A stretch of 64,000 bases of DNA, from IMG/VR virus record IMGVR_UViG_3300033146_005596, positions 1 to 64,000 of that record; one strand, given 5' to 3'. Both the position numbers and the translations under genes were made by a program. The notes under the pieces were generated by a model. The model was not told where the DNA came from. It saw only the letters and a list, made by a program, of their open reading frames with translations, and made no database searches. The stretch is from a virus. This document shows positions 55,076 through 64,000 of the stretch, one piece after another; the stretch's first letter is position 1, and every line of letters starts with the position of its first letter.

Positions 55076-58010
55076 AATTTTAGTTTTTAACAATGGTCTG
55101 AACTATCCTGTTGAAACAGACCCTAACTATTTACAGTTATTACAGGAAAATGGTACTAATATCTCATCAGAATTAGCTATTAAATTAGATTTCACTAATT
55201 ATAACTTTATACCTGACGACTCGAAAAAGCTAGTTGTTCAGTTATCGAGCATTAAAGAAAAAACGCCATTTTATAATGAGTTTGTTGACATCGACTTTTC
55301 AGAATTGGTTTTTTATGGTAACCAGGGGGAAGGACATATCAGTATAGCTATTAGCAGCTTACTAGATTTCAACTCAGACTATGCTATAGAAGGGACTTAT
55401 CATTATATTCTATCACCTGCGCCTGGAGCTCCTTTTGAAGAGGTCCCAGGGCTATCCACTATGCCCTTTAGGCTTGAGTTTCGTACAGACACAGAATTGA
55501 CTGAAAAGGACATAAAGAGAGATAAGGACATAAAGACAATAGACTATTACAACTGTTTACATAGTGGTGTAACTAGTAATGTTTGGGAGAACTACTTTAA
55601 TGGTTTGCTTGTTCCAGAACAGAAAAAAGTAATGTATGAAGTAATATACGCACATTTAAACGAAGTTCTTCCTAGCTCAGTTAAATATTTCCAAACAAAA
55701 ATACTAGATGAATATAGTAATTATGATACAGAAAGAGCTATAAAGCAAATAAATGAGCCATACCCTTTAATTAGCCCAGCAGGGTATGAAGATGAAATAG
55801 ATAATTTTGGGGCACTTTTAAACTATAAGCAAGATAGAATTTTTGTTGAAGACTGGAAGTCATTTAGCTTGGGTGATTTCAACTATGATGCTAATGGAGT
55901 TATAATAAAAGATAGTAAATACGAGTCTTTAATAACAGAAAAGCTTAAATGGCTTATCAGTGATATTAAGTCTATTGCTTTTAGGCGTAAGTACGCTTCA
56001 TCTTATCTAGGCTTTAAAATGATATTTGGAGCTTATGCTAATCATGGCTTAGTAGGAGTATCTGGCTTTTTTAATGTTACCAATCCTAATTTACTAAACT
56101 ATAAAAAGACTTATAGATTCTTAGAGGATAATGGGGAAGCTAACTATTTAGAAGGAATTAAAAATGATGTTGATGCTAGGGAGCCTTTTTTTGTAGAAGG
56201 AACTAAAGATTTTTCACTTATTAGAAAGTTTTACCAAGCATATGATGAAGGTAATGTTTATGACACAACTGTTAGATATGATGAAGAATTCCCAGTGATA
56301 AGAACAAATAATTTATTACTGGAGCACACCATTTCCAGTGTTTTGAAGCACAAAAATACCTTGGCCAAATGGAATATATCTCCTTATTATTTTGATAGCT
56401 ATTCAACAGCCTCTGGTAGTGAAGACCCTTTTCATGAAACACCTTACTGCTTATCTGACCTGCCCATCTTGAGCTATGTAAAAAAATCAGCTGATAATGC
56501 AAAAAGAGTTTTAGATAAAATAAAAATTGGAAATCAGTTAAGTGTAGTGACTGATGATTCTGGTTATTATACACAGTCAGATAGCTTATATACAATGGAC
56601 AGTTTAAAGCTAAGGTTTACAATTATAAAATCCAACTTTGATGAGAACAAAAAAGTAAATTTTATTAAACTAGGTACTGGGGGAAAAGCTAAGCAACATT
56701 TATTTATTAAGAAATCTGATATAAAACTACAACAAAATATATATGGAGACCCTAATACTATTTATAACAACACTATCTACTCAAGTGAAGCTCTCAACTC
56801 TGCTAGTTACTTAAGTGACGAAATGGCTTTAATCCAAATAGAGGGAGCTAATTTAGAAAAGCCTCTGTTTGAGCAGTGGGTTGATAAAAAAGAAGTTGGT
56901 ATGATAGGGGTAAGCGGAGCTGTTCTAGATGTAAGCACTATTGTTGACTGTAAAACTTTTGAAGATGAAACACTCAATTCTGACTTAAACCTCAAGATGA
57001 TAGGTAATGAAAGTAGTGATGCATATTCAGAGTTAGATGCTCTAGCTACATACACTGAGATAAAGGAAGATTTGCTTTCAACTGCTTTTCTAGGTAGAGA
57101 TGAAACTGATAAGGTTGCTAAAATTGAAAAAATAACCAATACTTTGAGTCTCCCGTCTACCGTTATTACTGATTTATCCGAAACTTTTGAAATAAAAGTT
57201 TATCCACAGATAACAGATGGCTCGGAGCTTATTAGTTTTATTGACTATAACAAAAGGACCAAAATAGAAAAAATTGAGCTTAGATATAAAGACTTAGTAA
57301 CTTTTAAAAAGGAGTTTTATATTATTTTTTCAGATGATACACCTGATGAAAAAATAAACTTTGGAAGTACAGGTTATAATGAAAACACATTTTATGATGA
57401 TTTTTATATTGATGGAGACTACAAAAACCCTTTTGAAATGATAGTTGAAATAGGATATAATAGTGAGTTTAACCTAGTAATAGCATACTCAATGTGGAGT
57501 AAAGTTATTACTGCTGTTGGTCCAGAATACCGCCTGATACAAGTAGAAAAGCCTTTTATGAAAATATTTCCTGGTTTTGAGCTTGTTAATTATAGCATCA
57601 CAGATAACAGAAAGCTAGGTATAGCAAGAACAAGGATTGTACATAATGATTCAGGAAAACTCTCTTTTATAACTCTTCCTAATGGAAAACTAGACGAAGT
57701 AATAAGCCTGTATGGTATGAACTACGAAATCCAAAACTATGATACAGACGACCATATAATGCTAAGTGATAATATTATAGGAACTAGCAGTGTTTTATCA
57801 GCACTTGATTTTTCATATTATACCAACACCACTAAAAATAGGTTTGAAAAGGATTCTGATAATTCAGCTGTTGTAGGTATAACTGAAATGGGTGTGTTTA
57901 ATACTGAGAACAAGATGATAGCTTATGCTACATTTCCACCAGTTATATATAACTCTTTTTATAACCACTTATCTCTTAATATAATTATTGCAGCTACTTC
58001 TGAAATCTAA
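55068..58010 (+). CDS. baseplate / tail-fibre attachment protein
   Basis: C-terminal GITEMGVFNTENKMIAYATFPPVIY motif. Confidence 0.65.
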   Translation: MSKILVFNNGLNYPVETDPNYLQLLQENGTNISSELAIKLDFTNYNFIPDDSKKLVVQLSSIKEKTPFYNEFVDIDFSELVFYGNQGEGHISIAISSLLDFNSDYAIEGTYHYILSPAPGAPFEEVPGLSTMPFRLEFRTDTELTEKDIKRDKDIKTIDYYNCLHSGVTSNVWENYFNGLLVPEQKKVMYEVIYAHLNEVLPSSVKYFQTKILDEYSNYDTERAIKQINEPYPLISPAGYEDEIDNFGALLNYKQDRIFVEDWKSFSLGDFNYDANGVIIKDSKYESLITEKLKWLISDIKSIAFRRKYASSYLGFKMIFGAYANHGLVGVSGFFNVTNPNLLNYKKTYRFLEDNGEANYLEGIKNDVDAREPFFVEGTKDFSLIRKFYQAYDEGNVYDTTVRYDEEFPVIRTNNLLLEHTISSVLKHKNTLAKWNISPYYFDSYSTASGSEDPFHETPYCLSDLPILSYVKKSADNAKRVLDKIKIGNQLSVVTDDSGYYTQSDSLYTMDSLKLRFTIIKSNFDENKKVNFIKLGTGGKAKQHLFIKKSDIKLQQNIYGDPNTIYNNTIYSSEALNSASYLSDEMALIQIEGANLEKPLFEQWVDKKEVGMIGVSGAVLDVSTIVDCKTFEDETLNSDLNLKMIGNESSDAYSELDALATYTEIKEDLLSTAFLGRDETDKVAKIEKITNTLSLPSTVITDLSETFEIKVYPQITDGSELISFIDYNKRTKIEKIELRYKDLVTFKKEFYIIFSDDTPDEKINFGSTGYNENTFYDDFYIDGDYKNPFEMIVEIGYNSEFNLVIAYSMWSKVITAVGPEYRLIQVEKPFMKIFPGFELVNYSITDNRKLGIARTRIVHNDSGKLSFITLPNGKLDEVISLYGMNYEIQNYDTDDHIMLSDNIIGTSSVLSALDFSYYTNTTKNRFEKDSDNSAVVGITEMGVFNTENKMIAYATFPPVIYNSFYNHLSLNIIIAATSEI

Positions 58011-58045
58011 ACTTATTATATAACTAGATAATAAGGAAAAATAGA

Positions 58046-59053
58046 ATGTTAAGAATAAGTACCAAGTTTAATGCAAGCTTGATTTCTCTTAATGAGAACA
58101 TAGCATTTGAGGGTTTGTACAACCAACAAAATATAATACTAAAATCAGAGTTGAGTGTATCAGGCTCTTCTTTTGTAATTACAGATTTATCAGCAATAGT
58201 ATTTTGCTTGGACACTACAAGTACATTGCGTGTACCAATAAAGCTAGATATTTCAAATGAAACCACGCCTATACCCCCATGTCCCACAGGTCTAGGCTTT
58301 TTATATCTAAAAGTAAAGTATGACTCAGTCTCAAGTAATAACTTCAATTTAGCATCAGCATTAAAATATAAAACGTATAGTGCTGTATTTAATCAAGATG
58401 GCACCAAGGTACTTAACAATAATGAATTATTATTAGCACCAATATATTTTGATGGAGCTAGTCTATACAACTTAAATATAAACTATGGGACACCAAACTT
58501 TGGTACGTATAACAAGTTAGTTAGCTCTAAGAACTCCATAGCTCTTGGGCTTTCAAAAACTAATAAGTTTGCTTTTTTAGTAAATAATAAACCAATATTA
58601 GTAAATGAAAGATACTTTAATATAGTCTATACCAATGTGCAGAAGGTTATAAATGAAGGTACCCCTGAAACATCTGACACAAATTATTATACTGAAATAA
58701 TAACTACAATTACTGCACCAACAGGGATTGAAGAAATAGATATGGGAGAAACTGGAGGTATTACTAAAATTTTAAATGTTTTGTATTTCTCTCCAAGTCC
58801 TGTGGGTGAAGAGAAAACTTTAAAATTATATAACAAAGCATATAAGATAACTAACTGTCTCAGCGCTACAAATATAAAAACTATTTTTGAAAAAGTTAGT
58901 TTACCCCTAGATAAAGGTGGAGTACTACTTGCTGGAGTTATAAGTGAAAATTTGAATAGTTTTAATGAAATTAGAGACTATCTTGATTTAACAGGTATTG
59001 AGAAGCATGGTGAGAACCGTGTTGTAAACTCACTAGTACTAGAAGTAGAATAG
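58046..59053 (+). CDS. structural tail protein
   Basis: 335 aa in the tail module, ACTTATTA upstream. Confidence 0.55.
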   Translation: MLRISTKFNASLISLNENIAFEGLYNQQNIILKSELSVSGSSFVITDLSAIVFCLDTTSTLRVPIKLDISNETTPIPPCPTGLGFLYLKVKYDSVSSNNFNLASALKYKTYSAVFNQDGTKVLNNNELLLAPIYFDGASLYNLNINYGTPNFGTYNKLVSSKNSIALGLSKTNKFAFLVNNKPILVNERYFNIVYTNVQKVINEGTPETSDTNYYTEIITTITAPTGIEEIDMGETGGITKILNVLYFSPSPVGEEKTLKLYNKAYKITNCLSATNIKTIFEKVSLPLDKGGVLLAGVISENLNSFNEIRDYLDLTGIEKHGENRVVNSLVLEVE

Positions 59054-59067
59054 GAGAATAGAATATA

Positions 59068-61332
59068 ATGGCACAAGATAACAGACAATTCAGAACAGGT
59101 TACAACTATTGCTTTGGTGAGTCCAACACAGGCAGTAGTACTACTTACTCAAGTATAGATATGAGAGCGCCCCAGCAAAGTACTTTTTGGAAGAAATCTT
59201 TTAAAAAAGATGGCTATGTTTTTGATGAGTGGTTAACAACAAATAGCAATGACAAAGAAACAGTACTTATTGATTTAAACCAGCCAGAAATGATTACTTC
59301 GTTTAGAGACACTGGAAGCTTTTTACATAGGGACTTAATTTTCATAAATAGTGATGTAGCTAATAGAATGGTTAAGCTCACAAGTGTTGAGTTTGATTCT
59401 GGGACTAACACAATTATAAAACATGCTGAACAGGAGATTGAGTTTTCTCCAGATAGTAGTGTTCCAAGCTCTGCTACAAAAATAATTATTTTTAATAAAG
59501 AAGTGAATACTAGTAATTTAATCTCAGAGGGAAGTGCTTATAAAAACATGTATATACCCGATGACATATATGATGCTTTGAAAACATCTTATGGGTATTT
59601 ACTTGTTGAGTTCTGTTCGGTAGGAGATTTTGTAAGAAAAGAAACATTTGAACAAGATTTAGATGTTACAGCAAAAGTAGTATTTAATGAGGTAAGAGCA
59701 AATACTAAAAGTAGCACGCCTATAGAAGAGATTGAAAATAAACTTAAACTTGCAGATAATGAAGTAACTAATCGAGGTATACCAAACTCTGAGGCTTGGT
59801 TACCTGCTATTAAACATGTTAAAAGCTTGGTTCTAGAAAAACTATATAAAGTAAATGGTACTAGTTATTACAATCTTCCAAAAAATACTTTTGATAACGA
59901 ACTGGGTTATAGCTTTAATACAATAGACCCAAACTATTCAACTGAATCTCCAGGCTTAGCTTTATACTCCAAAATAAAACCTGATTCAGTTATAGGTAGT
60001 ACTTTCGACTCTTTTAATGGTATTATTCAGTACAATTCTAAGCAAAATACTTTGGAGTTTGGACAAGCATTCGAGTTCTATACCGATAACCACAGTAATA
60101 ACCTATTAGGTAATTTACCTTTTGTACCAAAAATTAAAGGTAGTTATACTGATATTTTACCTGGTGGAATCCCTTATTTTATTCAAGAGATTACAAGTGG
60201 AGGTGTATCTCAAGCCCAGTATGAAAGAACCAGAGAGACTTTAAAATATTCTAATATATTTAGAGTAGTTGAAAACGGGGCTGGTACAGAAATAGAAAAG
60301 TTAATACTTCCTAGCCTTTTAAGCGTAACAGACTCTCATACTGCCCCTACTTATTCAAGTAGCCTTGGTAATGGCTTGCTAAAGTTACTAACAGATAGTG
60401 CTACTGCTATTTCATACATGGAATGTATGGATTCTTACTCTGGAGGTTTATTTACCAAAGGCTCTAAAACAACTCTTTTTAGTAGCACAACCTCAGTAGA
60501 TGAGAATAATATTACATTTAATCAGACTATTTTATCAATGGACGATTCAAATAACACATTAGAAATAGGAAGGAAATTTAAAAATGCAGATTTATCAGCT
60601 TTTGTATCTAACTCTATTACTAGAATCTTTGGTAAAACAATCGAACTTGAATCTCAGTTTTTAACAGTTCTAGGTGATTTTAGCTTAAACCCTAGTATGG
60701 GTTATACAGCTCATATTCCTAAGTACCATAAAGTATTAGGAACTCCAGCTGATTATTCTGGTGTGTTTAAAACATTTAGTAAGATTCAGTCACCAACAAT
60801 TGACTATATTCATAATGAGATAGAGAGTATAATCTTAGGTGGAAGGACTTTGGATGATGGTACAACTATAATTCCAGGGGTAAAAAGTACCGCCCCAGCT
60901 TCGTTTAACAGCACTATAAATACTATTTCTGCTTTAACTTACTGGGCTTTACCCACAGCCTTTGCCTTATCTGATTATAATACTGAAGTTCCTAACCCTT
61001 GGCCTGCTATACCAGACAACAAGAAAGTTAGGTCTCTGGTAGATATTACAGATAGCCTCCTTAGAGTGTATTATGATGTTAAGACATTAACTAAGTTTGT
61101 GGAGCTGGAAAAGGCATACAACAGCTTAGGCTCTTGGCAAATTACTAAGAAAACAGATTTAAAAGTAAGTACTAACAATACAGAAGATAAAGTTTTGGAC
61201 TTGTACAAGGCAGACGAGCCATTGAGTAGTATCCAGAGTTTAACAACAGCAGAGTATGGTGCTCAATCTGTAGTTACAGGTGATGGAAAGATAGTACATG
61301 CCTCAAACATGATGATTCTAGCAATAGAATAA
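59068..61332 (+). CDS. structural tail/fibre protein
   Basis: 754 aa, Ser/Thr-rich, SD AGGAG. Confidence 0.55.
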   Translation: MAQDNRQFRTGYNYCFGESNTGSSTTYSSIDMRAPQQSTFWKKSFKKDGYVFDEWLTTNSNDKETVLIDLNQPEMITSFRDTGSFLHRDLIFINSDVANRMVKLTSVEFDSGTNTIIKHAEQEIEFSPDSSVPSSATKIIIFNKEVNTSNLISEGSAYKNMYIPDDIYDALKTSYGYLLVEFCSVGDFVRKETFEQDLDVTAKVVFNEVRANTKSSTPIEEIENKLKLADNEVTNRGIPNSEAWLPAIKHVKSLVLEKLYKVNGTSYYNLPKNTFDNELGYSFNTIDPNYSTESPGLALYSKIKPDSVIGSTFDSFNGIIQYNSKQNTLEFGQAFEFYTDNHSNNLLGNLPFVPKIKGSYTDILPGGIPYFIQEITSGGVSQAQYERTRETLKYSNIFRVVENGAGTEIEKLILPSLLSVTDSHTAPTYSSSLGNGLLKLLTDSATAISYMECMDSYSGGLFTKGSKTTLFSSTTSVDENNITFNQTILSMDDSNNTLEIGRKFKNADLSAFVSNSITRIFGKTIELESQFLTVLGDFSLNPSMGYTAHIPKYHKVLGTPADYSGVFKTFSKIQSPTIDYIHNEIESIILGGRTLDDGTTIIPGVKSTAPASFNSTINTISALTYWALPTAFALSDYNTEVPNPWPAIPDNKKVRSLVDITDSLLRVYYDVKTLTKFVELEKAYNSLGSWQITKKTDLKVSTNNTEDKVLDLYKADEPLSSIQSLTTAEYGAQSVVTGDGKIVHASNMMILAIE

Positions 61333-61367
61333 AAAACGACTTATTAGATAAAGGAGATAAACTTATA

Positions 61368-64000
61368 ATGGCAAAAGTTAATGGTCAAATTTGGCTTAAG
61401 AATGATACTAAACAACTAAAATATAAACTCGACGGGTTAGTAAGGTCTGTAGTTCCTGAAAACGTATATGAAAAACCAGCTGGTGACCCGCTAAGTGTTG
61501 GTACTGCAGTGTCTTTTAACTCTGATGGTAAGCTACGATATACTAACCCAAATATTGACAGGAAAAGTTTAGGTATTATTTTAGCGATAGATGATGATGG
61601 TGTGAGTTGTACAGTACAGTCAAAAGGATTTATCACAATAGAAGATACCTACAATTTTTTTTCAGGCTATGACCCTTCTAAAGAAAATATTATTTATTTA
61701 TACCATATTAGTAATATAACTGCACCCTATGTTGGTTATACCCTATCTAGAGAACAAGCTGAACTAGGTTCAATTAATGTTATAGAAATTGGTACTATCC
61801 AAAGTATTGCTGACAATACTGGACCATATACAAAATACAATATAAATATATCACTAGAAGGAGATGGAAGAGGCCCTGTAGGAATAACCTCTTTAGAGTA
61901 TACCCTTGGTGAAGCTTTACCTGTCAGTGCAATCCCAATTCCAATAGCTCTAAAAAATGATGGAAAAGTTTATACTGGTAAATGGGACCCAGTAAACCCA
62001 AGTGATGAGCTTAGCAATATTGTTGGTTTTTATCTTCCTAGTACAGCTAAGAACATTGGTGATAACATTATTATAAAAACAACTGGGAGAATTAGCTATC
62101 CTGGCCTTTTAATAGGTCCTAAGTTCTTAAGTACTACTGCAGGAGCTATCGTTGACAATTCAGATTTAAACTGGTCTGTTAAGGTTGGTACCTGCTCAGG
62201 GGATGATTATTTAGACATAAACATTGAAAGAACCAAGCTAAACGAAACAGCAATCCCACTAGCAGGTATTAAAAAGACAGTAGGTGGAACTGTTGATAGT
62301 ACCCATGGTTTTGTAGCTTGTGATGGCTCAGCTATTTCAAGCTTAGCAAGTATCCCTTCAGAGAAAACAGCGCTTGAGCTTGTATTTGGAGTAGGCGGAA
62401 ATATACCTAATCAAACTGGCTACGAGATAAAAATAACTTATGCTTATGACTTAACAGAAGCAAAGCAACCTACTATCAAAAAGTTCAAATCAAATGGTAT
62501 AGTAGTAGGAGATTTAACTTCTAACTATGAAATGACTCATAATCTGTTTAACTCTAATATAACAAATCAGCTAACTGGTGATTTTAATGATTTAATTTTT
62601 AAGGCTTATGGTACCCATAGTTCAAAAGAGTATGATGTTACAGACCAGCTAACGTTTAAAAATGGTAGTACTAAAAACTCTGTTTTGATTTCAAGAAAAA
62701 ATACTTATATTTCTATATTAGAGAATACTACCTCTATACAGCTAGATAATACTGATGCTATTGAAATTAAAGTATACCATGCTGAAAATTATTATTTATA
62801 TGATGGTAATGAATTAGCAAGAGCTATTATGGAGCCTGTTGAAACAGAAGCTGAGCTAAAGGCTATAGTAGGTATGACAGATGATATTTTAGTTAATTGC
62901 CGGGATAAAGGTGTTTATAGCTATAGTAGTACTATTAACCCAGTCTTTACTAGTGAAGAACAAATAGGAAATATAAATAGTCTAGGAAGTGTAACACAGT
63001 ATATGAGCGCTTTTGTACTAGAGGGGAGCTTAGCAGATGAGACTGATTTTCATGGAGCTATATACAAGTATACAGCTTCAGATAATTATTATGTTAGACG
63101 GCTAAACTATGGAGCTCCTGATATTACTTCAGTTGCAAGCTTGAGTGGAAACGGGTTACTCTGGCCAAAGACTGACTTAGCAGGTGGTGGAGTATACTTT
63201 TGGGATTCTAGTGATGGAACAGGAAGCATAAAAAAATGGACTGGTGGCTCAAACTTTACAACAATGCAATCTGCAGCTACTTTGAGTGGATTTGGATTTA
63301 CAGAAGAGTCTTTTAAGATTCTACAGATAGCAAATGGTTTTTATTATATGGCTTTGAATGATTTTACTGACCCAACAAAAATTAAATTTGCAAAATGGCC
63401 TCTTAATTTTACTTCTCCATCAGAGCTGGTATACTTAACAGGCTTATGCGAGCCAGGTAATAGCTTGGAGCCAGTTACCTTTGCAGTATTGTCTAATGCT
63501 AAGATTGTTTATAAAACACAAGTTGCTACTTCTGGAACAACTCAATATAAGACTGTTTCAATTAGTAATGGAGGTACAGCAACTGATGTGGATATACCTG
63601 GTTTATCTCACTATTTATCTAGTACTACACAACCAGAAATACTTGGTATAAGTAATAAGCAATTTATTTTTGCAGATGAAGATAGTATGTATGGCTATGA
63701 TTTAGACACAGACTTGAAAACTGTAGTGGCTGAAAGAGCATTTATAGACAAGGGTATGATTTTAATGAACTATTCAGGGGAATACTATACTACTTATACA
63801 TTTAGTGGTGTAAATCAAGTTCAAAACCGTATTTTTGGTCCTAAGGTTCCATCAGACAGTGGTACTGGTGAGTGGGTTCAGGTGGCTAGCAAAGACTATC
63901 CTACAAGGCTAGATGCGTTGGAAACAATGGATTTATCTGGTCATATTGCAAAAAATGGTGGTGATGTCAATGGTACACAACATGTTTCTCAAGCAAACAT
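61368..64000 (+). CDS. tail fibre / receptor-binding protein, runs off the window (not in ORF track)
   Basis: SD AAGGAG, MAKVNGQIWLKND...; collar-like HGFVACDGSAIS...NIPN in frame at ~62300-62410; no stop seen in the segments translated. Confidence 0.75.
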   Translation, partial: MAKVNGQIWLKNDTKQLKYKLDGLVRSVVPENVYEKPAGDPLSVGTAVSFNSDGKLRYTNPNIDRKSLGIILAIDDDGVSCTVQSKGFITIEDTYNFFSGYDPSKENIIYLYHISNITAPYVGYTLSREQAELGSINVIEIGTIQSIADNTGPYTKYNINISLEGDGRGPVGITSLEYTLGEALPVSAIPIPIALKNDGKVYTGKWDPVNPSDELSNIVGFYLPSTAKNIGDNIIIKTTGRISYPGLLIGPKFLSTTAGAIVDNSDLNWSVKVGTCSGDDYLDINIERTKLNETAIPLAGIKKTVGGTVDSTHGFVACDGSAISSLASIPSEKTALELVFGVGGNIPNQTGYEIKITYAYDLTEAKQPTIKKFKSNGIVVGDLTSNYEMTHNLFNSNITNQLTGDFNDLIFKAYGTHSSKEYDVTDQLTFKNGSTKNSVLISRKNTYISILENTTSIQLDNTDAIEIKVYHAENYYLYDGNELARAIMEPVETEAELKAIVGMTDDILVNCRDKGVYSYSSTINPVFTSEEQIGNINSLGSVTQYMSAFVLEGSLADETDFHGAIYKYTASDNYYVRRLNYGAPDITSVASLSGNGLLWPKTDLAGGGVYFWDSSDGTGSIKKWTGGSNFTTMQSAATLSGFGFTEESFKILQIANGFYYMALNDFTDPTKIKFAKWPLNFTSPSELVYLTGLCEPGNSLEPVTFAVLSNAKIVYKTQVATSGTTQYKTVSISNGGTATDVDIPGLSHYLSSTTQPEILGISNKQFIFADEDSMYGYDLDTDLKTVVAERAFIDKGMILMNYSGEYYTTYTFSGVNQVQNRIFGPKVPSDSGTGEWVQVASKDYPTRLDALETMDLSGHIAKNGGDVNGTQHVSQAN

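Noticed and set aside
55068-64000. Diversity-generating retroelement or invertible tail-fibre cassette
   Set aside because: No reverse transcriptase, TR/VR pair or invertase seen in the window

Overview
AT-rich (~30% GC by eye) segment of a large, probably lytic, contractile-tailed phage genome in the standard genetic code. The GroEL resembles spirochaete GroELs from memory, so a Spirochaetota host is a tentative inference. Layout: (1) 1-12 kb early/accessory region with ~100-aa paralog-like ORFs sharing a C-terminal helix (three frameshifted), GroEL, ATP-dependent ligase, a HigA-like mini-antitoxin and a MoxR ATPase; (2) 12-24 kb and 38-47 kb replication/recombination genes (SNF2 helicase, PolA fragments, DnaB, DnaC-like loader, SSB, SbcCD, RecA, dUTPase, initiator-like protein, DnaX, primase, 5'-3' exonuclease), a sigma-like factor and a candidate origin at 42.1-42.4 kb; (3) 24.7-35 kb and 47.5-64 kb tail/baseplate modules. 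Main findings: a family A DNA polymerase in at least three pieces, whose catalytic motif B (RKNAKQ|CNFGLLFG) forms only if a split intein trans-splices two genes 7 kb apart on opposite strands, both with an identical leaderless promoter; a highly iterated palindrome TGGTACCA with apparent GATC avoidance; a shared FR(I/V)PGTN(I/V)LIE(A/S)GD module next to protease-like sites in putative capsid-internal proteins; an RF2-like +1 frameshift signal in the tail chaperone; three promoter classes; and a duplicated structured leader with a micro-inverted loop. All counts are by eye and no database search was run.
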